From NCBI RefSeq assembly GCF_006345805.1, contig NW_021834741.1:1-26626 (forward strand): a stretch of DNA of 26,626 bases. The letters run 5' to 3'. Below, piece after piece: positions 9,863 to 20,309 of the stretch (positions are counted from its first letter, which is position 1; the number at the start of each line of letters is the position of its first letter). The notes under the pieces were generated by a model. That model worked only from the letters and a program-made list of their open reading frames with translations. It was not told where the DNA came from and searched no databases. This DNA is from Octopus sinensis. Taxonomy: Eukaryota. A program made the translations under genes and the position numbers.

Positions 9863-10582
9863 CTTCTTCTTCCAATCAGGACTCACGCCATTAGCCACAA
9901 AGAATAATCTCTAATTCGAGCCTACTCTAAGCTACTAAAAATGCGTGTGGCAACTTGAAGATCCACCCACCACACGCGATTGACTGGCGGTTGCACGGGC
10001 GCGAAAGCTACGTTGTTATCCTCATTCCGTAAACGTTGGCTTTTAACGGGTGGAGAGCTGAACCATCCTAGGGTACAGAGGATTCGCAATGTAGACTAGG
10101 GTCTGAAAACTTACCACACCATAGTGTGGTTACACCATGGTTCCTCTGCTTTGTGGTAGAAGTAGGAAGAAAGAGTGAGAGAAAGTTGTGGTGAAAGAAG
10201 ACAGCGGGGTTCAAAACCCCGCCCCGCCGAAGCCTCGTGGAGCTTAGGTGTTTTTCCTCAATAAACACTTTTAACGGGTGGAGAGCTGAACCATCCTGGG
10301 GTACAGAGTATTCGCAATCTAGACTAGGGTCTGAAAGTTTACCACACCATAGTGTGGTTACACCATGGTTCCTCTGCTTTGTGGTAGAAGTAGGAAGAAA
10401 GAGTGAGAGAAAGTTGTGGTGAAAGAAGACAGCGGGGTTCAAAACCCCGCCCCGCCGAAGCCTCGTGGTGCTTAGGTGTTTTTGCTCAATAAACACTTAC
10501 AATGTCCGGTCTGGGAATCTAGAACCGCGTTATTACGGCCGCGAGTCCGCTGCTCTAACCACTGGGCCATTGCGCCTCCACA
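9863..10582 (-). mobile_element. tRNA-derived SINE, family D head with a different body/tail and an internal 228-bp tandem duplication
   Basis: Head at 10579 going leftwards. Duplicated units at 10041-10268 and 10269-10496. The 3' end has a (GAA)3 tail. Candidate TSD gttgttgt at 9855-9862 and 10583-10590, within a CAA/GTT microsatellite, so the TSD is weak evidence. Confidence 0.7.
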
Positions 10583-11776
10583 GTTGTTGTTGTTGTTGTT
10601 GCTGTTGTTCTAGGTATATGTCGTTGACGTTATTATTTAGCCCAGTTATTGTATAGAAGCGCCGATGGGCATTGTTCGTTTTGTCCGTCATTTTGTTTTC
10701 ATGTTCATGACATGGTCCTCGGCCTCTGAACGTTGAGCAGTGAAAAGATTTATCAGGAGAACTTGTCATGTAATTTAATACAAATCTTTAGAAAGAAAAT
10801 AATGGTTTTTTTTTTCTTTCTTTCCTATAAACATACTTTTTATTGAGACTTCCAACTCTTCATTTCACACTTAAATTTCATTACCAAGACTTGTCTTGCT
10901 GGTGGATGTTTTATTTGCTTGTTTTACTTTTCTTGTTCGTCCGTTCGATCGTCTCCAGTGACATTTGTTGTTGTTGTCGTTGTTCTTGTTGTTGTTGTTC
11001 TTGTCTGTTGACATTCTTCTGCCCGTATTTTTAGCAAGAGAAATCAAACTCTACAATAAACAAAATTGAATTGACAATACAAATATAAAGATAAAAATAT
11101 ATGATAATAAAAAAAGAATCTAAAAGAAATTTAAAAGAAAAAGTAAAAAGAACACATACATAGAAAAAAGAAAAAAAAAACAAGAACATTTGGAATTTGT
11201 GGTGGTCAACTGAAAACACACACACACAAACACATAACCCGTCTACGAATTCATAAGTCAGAAAAAATATACACTCGTATATTTGGCAATAGATTGGGTA
11301 TATTGATCAAAGTGTACAGTATGATATATCCATTACAGCCGGTCGTGCCAATCGATTTCGCGCCAGCGGTTCAACAGGTTAGGTAAATGCCCAATGATGT
11401 AACCCCGCGCTCTTCAGAGATGGTAATTATGGAATGAAATATGACGGCTGTCCTCTTTCGCTGGAAGTGAACAGACATGTCCGGTTTGTGGTTACTGTGA
11501 AAAAGACGATGAAACGAAACGAGCATTAGTTAATTCATTTAAATAGCCTCCTTCCAAATGTGTGTATGTTTTAGAGTTGGTGTTCATGTGAAATGTAATG
11601 TGTGCAGTGGTACTATATGTGAAATTGGAGTGAGAGGGCTGGGGTTGGTTGGGCGGGTACCCTAAGGCCGCATAAATATCTGTGTTCATTTCTTTATTTT
11701 TGTTTATGTTTTGGTTAAAATTGTTTTTTGGGGGGGAGGGGGCATTTATGTTTGCATGGAGCGTTGTATATATGTG

Positions 11777-11832
<56 letters not shown>

Positions 11833-11834
<2 letters not shown>

Positions 11835-12009
11835 TGTGTTTGTCCCCCAACATCGCTTGACAACTGTAACTTAGCGGTTCGGCAAAAGAAACTGATTAGA
11901 ATAAGTACTAGGCTTACAATGAATAAGTCCTGGGGGTCGATTTGCTCGACTAAAGGCGGTGCTCCAGCATGGCCACAGTCACATGACTGAAGCAAGTAAA
12001 AGAGTAAAA
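11833..12009 (+). mobile_element. SINE family B, 3' half only
   Basis: gtgtttgtcccccaacatcgcttgacaac...ggcggtgctccagcatggccacagtc...gactgaagcaagtaaaagag aligns to 5520-5713. It begins at a (TA)/(TG) tract and has a small internal deletion. Confidence 0.85.
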
Positions 12010-12500
12010 TTAATTGGAAGTTTTTTCTTGTTTTCAAAGTTTTCGTCAGATCCACACAGAGCCAGAAGAGTCTTCTCCTGGTATTGCAGAGGAAAAGTCA
12101 ACCGATTAATTTTACTACCGGTGGCTAAGCGCATAGTATGAAATATAGGGACGTTACTTTATCTAGAACAAACAAATCAACAGAATCTTACATCTGACAT
12201 TATCGAATGAACAACTATTCCGTCATTTCTGTAAAGGCCTCTATCAGTGACAATAAATTTGTCTTTGAGTTTATCTGGAACATCAAACCAACAGAATCAG
12301 TTATCTCTGCTCGCAGCGCCAAAATTTTAATGCACTGTCAGTTATACTTTATCAAAGATGTACAGAAATGCGCCGTGAGGATTTTTAAAAAACTCTTTTT
12401 TCTTTACCGTCTTTTGTCAATATTTCACCGGCCATCACAAATATAAAGAGAAGCTAAAAGCCAAACTAAGTTTTGTAGTCGATTAGTTTAATAGTTGTAA

Positions 12501-13058
12501 GGCGGCGAGCTGGCAGAAACGTTAGCACGCCGGACGAAATGCGTAGCCGTATTTCGTCTGCCGCTACGTTGTGAGTTCAATAAATTAAGTACCAGTTACG
12601 CACTGGGGTCAATGTAATCGACTTAATCCGTTTGTCTGTCCTTGTTTATCCCCTCTATGTTTAGCCCCTTATGGGTAGTAAAGAAATAGGTATTTCGTCT
12701 GCCGCTACGTTCTGAGTTCAAATTCCGCCGAGGTCGACTTTGCCTTTCATCCTTTCGGGGTCGATAAATTAAGTACCGGTTACGCACTGAGGTCGATATA
12801 ATCGACTTAATCCATTTGTCTGTCCTTGTTTATCCCCTCTATGTTTAGCCCCTTATGGGTAGTAAAGAAATAGGTATTTCGTCTGCCGCTACGTTCTGAG
12901 TTCAAATTCCGCCGAGGTCGACTTTGCCTTTCATCATTTCGGGGTAGATAAATTATGTACCAGTTACGCACTGGGGTCAATGTAATCGACTTAATCCGTT
13001 TGTCTGTCCTTGTTTGTCCCCTCTATGTTTAGCCCCTTGTGGGTAATAAAGAAACAGG
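12501..13058 (+). mobile_element. SINE family C head-to-tail trimer
   Basis: One head (ggcggcgagctggcagaaacgttagc, 12501) is followed by three bodies starting gtatttcgtctgccgctacg at 12549, 12690 and 12874 (period 184; the first unit has a ~43-bp deletion). Confidence 0.9.
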
Positions 13059-14043
13059 TTAGTTTCATAGTTGTGATTACAAGTTAGTTGCTAACTTAAA
13101 TAAAAAGTGCCAAAACGTTCTGGGGACAAAATGCGTGATGTCAAATAAGTCAGCATTGAATCAGCGACGCTAAATAGGAAGGATCAAAACGGCCAAAGCA
13201 AAGCATCTCATAACCTCTTCTAGGTTTTGTTCTTTTCTAATGAAAGCATTATTTTTTAAATCGAAAATAAGGCTTTTTTCTTCTGGCATGTGTAACTTCA
13301 ATGTCATCGTCATCTTCAGAGATACGTCTTTTCTAGAGCACTGATGGATAGCGATGTCAAGATGGAGCGATAAAATTTTGACGATATTGAAGTCGCTTAA
13401 TGTTCACTCGCTTTTATTATCAATGTTTTAAACAAGCAAATGACCGTTTGGGTGTTGCTCCATCGGCAATGATTTGTTGCCTTTCAAATGCAACCCATTA
13501 ATGTTATTTAATATTTCTTTTACAGAAGGACCCAATCTCATTTTAGCAGAGTTAATTAAACTGCAATTTAACTAGAGGCAAAACGAAATTCTCCGCGTGT
13601 GATATAAGATTTGCGGCATCCCCATAGAATCAGACACATATTCATCCATTACGTAAAATGCTCTATCTATCACCCCTTAGCAAAATTAATATTTCTTTCG
13701 GCTACTAATACACGTGCTAACCTAAAGGAGATAATTCATCTAAAGCCAGTAGCTAGCAAGAAGTTACACCTCTGTGTTATTATCCTTTCCTTATGCATGG
13801 ACACTAATAACACAATTAATCGGGTAAGTCTCCCTCAGAGAAAGTACAGCTGATTCTTATGGTTTAAAACAATCTGAGGAAAGCTTACAGTAGGAAACTT
13901 CAAGTTATGCGCGTTTACACTGTCCGACGCTAACTAGATCTAATAAATATTTCACTGCTAGATATTCGTACATACATATTAAAAACTTTTGTTTTTCTTC
14001 GTGAGGAAACCACACATCTCCCTCTCCCTCTGTCTGTCTCCCT

Positions 14044-14079
<36 letters not shown>

Positions 14080-14104
14080 CTTCCTCTCTCTCTCTCAATC
14101 TCTT

Positions 14105-14282
14105 TATATGTTGAAATTCACAGAAAAACAAGACGAAGATAGGTGTATGAACAACAAGCAGGTGTATTAGTTTGATGCTCGGGAAAATGAGACAGCTTTA
14201 TGTTTCGAGCGTACGCCCTTCAACAGAAAGGAATAAGAGAAAATAAACAGAGAGAATAAAAAGACTTGTGGATTTAGCGGTC
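14105..14282. mobile_element. Putative Penelope-like-element-derived short repeat
   Basis: Motif tgtttcgagcgtacgcccttcaacagaaagg (14201-14231). The minus strand reads CTGTTGAA-GGGC-GTAC-GCTC-GAAAC, resembling the hammerhead-type core typical of Penelope pseudo-LTRs. Family assignment is from recall only. Confidence 0.4.
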
Positions 14283-14308
14283 AAATATATGCATATGTAT
14301 GTGTGACC

Positions 14309-14511
14309 GTGTTTGTCCCCCAACTATCGCTTGATAACCGATACTGGTGTGTTTATGTCCCCGTAACTTAGCGGTTCGACAAAAGATAGACCTATAGAAT
14401 AAGTACTAGGCTTACAAAGAATAAGTCTTGGGGTCCATTCGGGCAACTAAAAGCAGTGCTCCAGCATGGCTGCAGTCAAATGACTGAAACCAGTAACAGA
14501 ATAAAAGAATA
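14309..14511 (+). mobile_element. SINE family B, 3' half only
   Basis: Aligns to 5520-5713 and 11833-12009; ends gactgaaaccagtaacagaataaaagaata. Confidence 0.85.
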
Positions 14512-14519
14512 TATAATAC

Positions 14520-14550
<31 letters not shown>

Positions 14551-14663
14551 CATATACATATATATATATATATATAATAATATATATATATATTATATAT
14601 ATATATATATATATAATATATATATATATACATATACATGTATATATATATGGTTTATATAGT

Positions 14664-14960
14664 GAAGGTGCACGGCTCAGTGGTTTGGTATTGCACTCAC
14701 GATTGTGAGATCGTGGGTTCGATTCCCAGGCCGAGCGTTGCGTTGTGTTCTTGAGCAAAACACTTCATTTCACATTGCTCTGCGATCATTTCCACATCTG
14801 ACGTGTGGCACCCGTTTACACCTGTACAGGTAATGTCGATCTGGTGGAGGGAGTGAGCTTATGTCTATACAAGCATTTGATCACTATAAGCAAATCTTCT
14901 GTGTGGTTGTTCGGTAAGAAATTGTCGAACCCTCATAGTCATCTAACGACAGGTGAGTCC
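14664..14960 (+). mobile_element. tRNA-derived SINE, family E
   Basis: Head gaaggtgcacggctcagtggtt (box A), box B gggttcgattccc, followed by gttgtgttcttgagcaaaacactt (CORE/V-type-like segment). Flanked by TA repeats. Confidence 0.7.
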
Positions 14961-14966
14961 ATCATA

Positions 14967-15029
<63 letters not shown>

Positions 15030-15054
15030 ATATATATGTATATATATATATATA

Positions 15055-15200
15055 CAGGATGTGATAGGTAAATTGTCGCAATTTTATATTATTAATTTCG
15101 CGCATACGCATTCTTCGTTTTTAATTTTGTCTACTACAAAGTATAGTAGGGTCAGTCGGGCACTGTCTGTGAAAAAACAAGCACCATGACGCAATGCATA
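15055..15200 (+). mobile_element. Possible truncated end of a Tc1/mariner-type element
   Basis: Begins TA|CAGGATGTG.. directly after a (TA)n tract, like the CAGG terminus of the element at 25311. No partner TIR was found. Confidence 0.35.
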
Positions 15201-15274
15201 TATAATCTAATCACACAAATGCACATATGTTTATTGGCTAAACTGGCAAAATGACCATTCCTAAATACAATATA

Positions 15275-15426
15275 TTTCAGTTTCCGTCTACCAAATCCAC
15301 TCACAAGGTCCTGGTCAGCCCGACGCTATAGTAGAGAACACTTGCCCAAGGTACCACGCAGTGGGACTGAACCCGGAACCATGTAGTTGGGAAGCAATTT
15401 TCTTAGCACACAGCCACACCTGTGCC
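15275..15426 (-). mobile_element. SINE family B, 5' half only
   Basis: Minus strand reads ggcacaggtgtggctgtgtgctaag...ccgggttcagtcccactgcgtggtaccttgggcaagtg...ggatttggtagacggaaactgaaa and aligns to 5306-5460. Confidence 0.85.
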
Positions 15427-15894
15427 TGAAATAAGACAATTAACCCCACCCCAGCCCCTTTTTTTAACACTGAGCCCTTCCAAAGAAATATCTATTTGAA
15501 GAAAATCCTTTCTTTGAGCCTTATTATAGATTGTCTTTTACATTCGTATTTAATTCCTGGAATAGAAAGACGTCCGAAACAAAAGTTCTTCGAAAAGAAA
15601 ACGAAACCGTTTAGATACCGCCAATATTTTTTTTTGAAATTTATTCATGTTGTTATATATATATTATATTTTTTTTTTTTATTTCTATAAATGGATGTGA
15701 ATGTGTGTCTGTGTGTCGGAAGTGGGGACGGTGCCTGTGTTTGTGTGCCATTGTGTGTGTATGTGTATCTGTGTTTGTGTGTATGTGTATGTGTATCTGT
15801 GTGTGTGCGCGTGTGTGTTTCTTAATTCTTAGCAATTAAGATATAACTGAAAATACAAGAAGCGAATGAAAATAAAAATATTATTAATATCATC

Positions 15895-16013
15895 ATTCAT
15901 CATTATCATCATCATTATGATTATTATTATTATTGGTGTTGTTGTTGTTATTATTATTACTACGATTATTATTATCATTATTATTATTATTATTATTACT
16001 ATTATTATTATTA

Positions 16014-16093
<80 letters not shown>

Positions 16094-16330
16094 GTCATTA
16101 TTATTATTAATATTATTATTATTATTATTATTATTGTCATTATTAATTATTATTATATTATTATTATATCATTATTATTATCATCATTATTATGATTATT
16201 ATTATATTATTATCATTATTATATTATTATTATTATTATCATTATTATTATTATTATTGTCATTATTATTATTATTATTATTATTATATCATTATTATTA
16301 TTATTATTATATTATTATTATTATTATTAT
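15895..16330. repeat. (ATT)n microsatellite
   Basis: Direct reading; explains the poly-Ile/Leu/Tyr ORFs. Confidence 0.95.
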
Positions 16331-16462
16331 GATACAAAAGAATAGATTCAGATAAGATAGAAGCAAAATGGCCGTATAATTATGTGATATATTAGTTAAA
16401 TGGTCGTTGACAACCCCTTCTCGCCTCCTCCACCACCTCTCTTTGTCTCTCTCTCTCTCTTA

Positions 16463-16636
16463 CACACATACATGCACGCACACACGCACACATACATACA
16501 TACATACACACATACATACATACATACATACACACATACATATATACATACATGCATACATACACACACACATACATACATACATACATACATACATACA
16601 TACATACACACAGACACACATACATACATACATACA

Positions 16637-16668
<32 letters not shown>

Positions 16669-16672
16669 CACG
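16463..16672. repeat. (TACA)n microsatellite
   Basis: Direct reading. Confidence 0.95.
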
Positions 16673-16784
16673 CATTTACACAAATTGAACAGAAACGGCT
16701 GAGAGTAACGAACAATAGATAAATGGGGGTTAAAAAAAAGAGCAAGGGAGATAATGAGTTAAGAATATGCAGAGAGAGATAGGG

Positions 16785-17250
16785 GAAGAGAGGGAGAGAG
16801 AGAGGGGGAGAGAGAGAGGGGGAGAGAGAGAGGGGGAGAGTGAGATAGGGAGAGAAGGAGGGAGAGAGGGAGAGAGGGACAGAGAGGGGGAGAGGGAGAG
16901 AACTTGGAAGGGAGAGAGATAGAAAGATAGGGAAAAGGAAAGCGAGACAGAAAGAACGAGAAAGGGAAAGGAAGGAGGGAGGGAAGAAAGTAAGAAAGAA
17001 AGAAACAAAGGAAGAAAGAAACAAATAAAAAAAGAAAGAAGACGGGGAAGAAAGAAAATGAGAAAGAAGGAAGGAAGAGGGAGAAAGAGAGACAAAAGAA
17101 AGAAAGAAATGGAGAAAGGAAGGAAAGAAGGAAGGAAGGAAATAAGAAAGAAACAAAGGAAAGCGAGAAAGAAAGAACGAGAAAGAGATAGAAAGGAGGG
17201 AGGGAAGAAAGTAAGAAAGAAACAAAGGAAGAAAGAAACAAAGGAAAGCG

Positions 17251-17284
<34 letters not shown>

Positions 17285-17508
17285 GAACAAAGAAAGAAAG
17301 AAAGGAACAAAGAAACAAAGAAACAAAGAAACAAAGGAGGGGAAGAAAGAAAAAGGAAAGAAAGAAAGAATGGAAGGAAGGAAGGATGGAAGAGAAAGAA
17401 AGAAAGAAAGAAAGAATTAATGAATGAATGAATGAATGAATGAAAGAAAGGATGAAGACAAGAAAAAAAGAAAGGAAGACGAGGAAGAAAGAAATGAAAG
17501 AAAAAAGC
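16785..17508. repeat. Purine-rich (GA)/(GAAA)n compound repeat with higher-order sub-units
   Basis: Direct reading; the unit gagggagggaagaaagtaagaaagaaa...caaaggaagaaagaaac recurs at ~16975 and ~17195. Confidence 0.9.
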
Positions 17509-18540
17509 AAGTGAAAAGATTATAATCTTTATACTTTTTCGTTTTCTTTTTTAAAGATATTTTTTTTCGCTGTCATTTTGAAAGAAAGCATCAATTTCTA
17601 TAAAAATTAATGTTTATCCTCCTTAAAGGGGAAGGAAGCAAAAATTAATATCCCCCCCACACACACACACACACATACGCTCGCTGAAAAAAAAGGGGAT
17701 TTTATAAAACGCTGTAGAAACAGAGACAATTGAAAAAGCAATTTTTCTTCCTTAAATAATAAATAATAAAAGGCAAGGATTTTAAATGTTAAATCGTTCT
17801 TCCCATAACGTGTGTCTTCATTCTTCTTTTTTTTTTCTTCCAATTACAATTAATAATATATTCTCTGCTATTCTATTTTCTTATTCTAATTTTTTTTTCT
17901 TCTTTCTCTCTATTTTCGTTAAACCTCAACAATTGCTATTCAAAAAATTTATATTTCTTTTTATTCTTATTTAAATCTACGAAAATATCTTATAATACAA
18001 CGTTATTCTTTTTGCATCATTTATTAACTTAATTTCTGATACAGTATCAAAATCTATCGCTAATTCTTAATTTTTGTAAGGTATTTTTTGTCGATGTCTT
18101 CATTTTCTTTTCTTAATCATTTTCTTTTTGTACTTTTTTTAGGGAGTGTTTGGCGACTGAAAGAAGTTTGAGGCGAAATTGACAAAGATTCCAACCATTG
18201 TATCTTTGAATAATCTTCCATATTAAATGATCGCATACTGTTAAAAATCTTTTTCATTCAAATCATAAGCTAAAAAAATATCCGGTCAGTGAAAATTTCT
18301 CATTTTCTCTTTGTCAGCTCCAAATTTTTTTCTTCAGTTTTCATATTTCCAGCATTCATTCATAAACGAATAATATTTTGTCTCATAGAGTTACTTGAAA
18401 TGGGCTCTTTTCAAATTCCCTATTTTATCAGATTGAAAAATGAATTCTTGCAGAGACCTTAATTAAGTATTTCTCCTTAGTTTGTAAGGGCTTTCCTGTA
18501 AGGAAGAGTGGCGGGGGAAGATATTTTTCCATTTTACATT

Positions 18541-18553
18541 TTACTCTCTCTCC

Positions 18554-18627
<74 letters not shown>

Positions 18628-18762
18628 CACACGCTATAATTACATCTTTCAGTAGCAGTTATCTTATTAGATCTTACTGAATAATTTTCTCGCTTTTTAC
18701 TCGTTCAAAATGTGTTTATGCACGTGCCTGCATGCATAACACATATATAACACACATACACA

Positions 18763-18811
<49 letters not shown>

Positions 18812-18968
18812 ATATATATATAGATATATATATATATCCATACATACATGCATATATAAATATATACACATGTATATATATATATATATATTTATATATA
18901 CACATGTATATATATATGTATATATTTATATATATCCATACATACATGATAATATAAATATATACACA
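18541..18968. repeat. (CT)n followed by (TA)n-rich microsatellites
   Basis: Direct reading (CT ~18541-18624; TA-rich ~18740-18968). Confidence 0.9.
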
Positions 18969-19526
18969 TGTAGTGGTGGTGATGATGATGATGATGATGA
19001 TGACAACGACGACGCTGATGACAACGAGGATGGTGATGATGACGTCGTAGTACCACCAGCTGTTTCTAACATCCGGTTTCTATTTGACATGCGTCAATAC
19101 TCATCTCTTGGGATCTTTTCTATTCTGAAGCCAGTTTTTTCAAATTTTTCCTACTGAACCAAACAATTTGAAACTTCGTATACTGGTAGAATGTGTCAAA
19201 AGTAAACTTAATTGTAAACCAGAATGAAAACGGAATTGTAACTTCTAAGTTTAACGTTGTTTAATAATTAGAATTTTAACCAATGATATTCCGTCATTCG
19301 GCTTTATTTTATTTACTCCGTCTCGACCACCAATTTCGTGACGCATTAAACATCTTAAATGTAAACAAGCGCATCCTTCTAATTATTTAACGTACTCATG
19401 TTTCCAGGATCCTATAGTCAGCCACCTTCTAATAACAATATTTAAAACTAGTTAATAAGCCACATGTATTAAATTGAAAATGTTTCCATTCTGTTAGTAC
19501 TTGCTTTCGTTTGCTATTAAGAAGTG

Positions 19527-20166
19527 TTTATTTTTTTACATAAGTAATGAGAGCGAAAGAGACTAAGAGAAAGCGATTTTATGACGAGGGAAGTTTGTCT
19601 TTGAAGTTACCGTCTAGGGGAAGCATTGATGTACATGTGTGTGTGTGTGTGTTTGATGGGGTGTGGGAGACAGTATGTTGTGTAAGTGAAGTGCTTCTGT
19701 TAGTGTGTGTGAAGAGACAGAGAGGGTAATGTGTGAAAGAGAGAGATAACTGAAATTTTTTACTCGGTGTATGTGTATATGTATGTCTGCATGTATGTGT
19801 GTGTGTAAGTATGTGTGTGTGTATGTATGTGTGTGTGTGTATGTATGTATGGCCGATTCATCGTAATTACGATGAATCGGCCATACATACATAGATACAT
19901 ACACACACACACATACATGCAGACATACATATACAAATTTCAGTTATCTCTCTCTTTCACACATTACTCTCTCTGTCTCTTCACACACACTAACAGAAGC
20001 ACTTCACTTACACAACATACTGTCTCCCACACCCCATCAAACACACACACACACACATGTACATCAATGCTTCCCCTAGACGGTAACTTCAAAGACAAAC
20101 TTCCCTCGTCATAAAATCGCTTCCTCTTAGTCTCTTTCGCTCTCATTACTTATGTAAAAAAATAAA
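19527..20166. repeat. Large spacer-less palindrome (inverted duplication)
   Basis: Centre between 19866 and 19867 (ggccgattcatcgtaa|ttacgatgaatcggcc). Arms are 340 and 300 bp. The outer ~240 bp differ at only 2 positions by hand comparison; the length difference lies in the inner TG/TATG tract. The ORF track shows the mirrored ORFs 19547-19729(+) and 19964-20146(-). Confidence 0.95.
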
Positions 20167-20243
20167 AGTTTTTTACGGAAATCGACGGAAACTTGTGCTA
20201 CGACAAGCGAAACTTCGCCGAAATTTAATATTAAAAAAGCAAA

Positions 20244-20309
20244 GAGCTGGCAGAAACGTTAGCACGCGGGCGAAATGCGTAGCCGTATTTCGTCTGCCGT
20301 TACGTTCTG
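20244..20309 (+). mobile_element. SINE family C head fragment nested in the TIR element
   Basis: gagctggcagaaacgttagcacgcgggcgaaatgcgtagccgtatttcgtctgccgttacgttctg matches 12505-12575. Confidence 0.85.

Noticed and set aside
10533-10769. 78-aa ORF MTSSPDKSFHC...QQQQQQQQ apparently interrupted by a SINE
   Set aside because: Reconstructing the pre-insertion site gives ...QQQTV* immediately, so no long disrupted ORF exists. No homology recognised.
12549-13058. CRISPR-like array or prokaryotic system
   Set aside because: The repeats are 184-bp SINE bodies without unique spacers, no cas genes are present, and the window is clearly eukaryotic.
13520-13620. Strong-looking acceptor (tttcttttacag|aaggaccc)
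   Set aside because: All three frames stop within ~17 codons and no supporting gene context was found.
15829-17510. ORFs up to 372 aa
   Set aside because: Translations of ATT, TACA and GA/GAAA repeats.
18925-19090. Minus-strand Ser-rich mini-[25 protein letters not shown]...
   Set aside because: About 55 codons, mostly (TCA)n repeat, running into a TA microsatellite; weak donor site.
19547-20146. Two identical 60-aa ORFs on opposite strands
   Set aside because: Mirror images produced by the palindrome; the start/stop positions carry no independent coding evidence.
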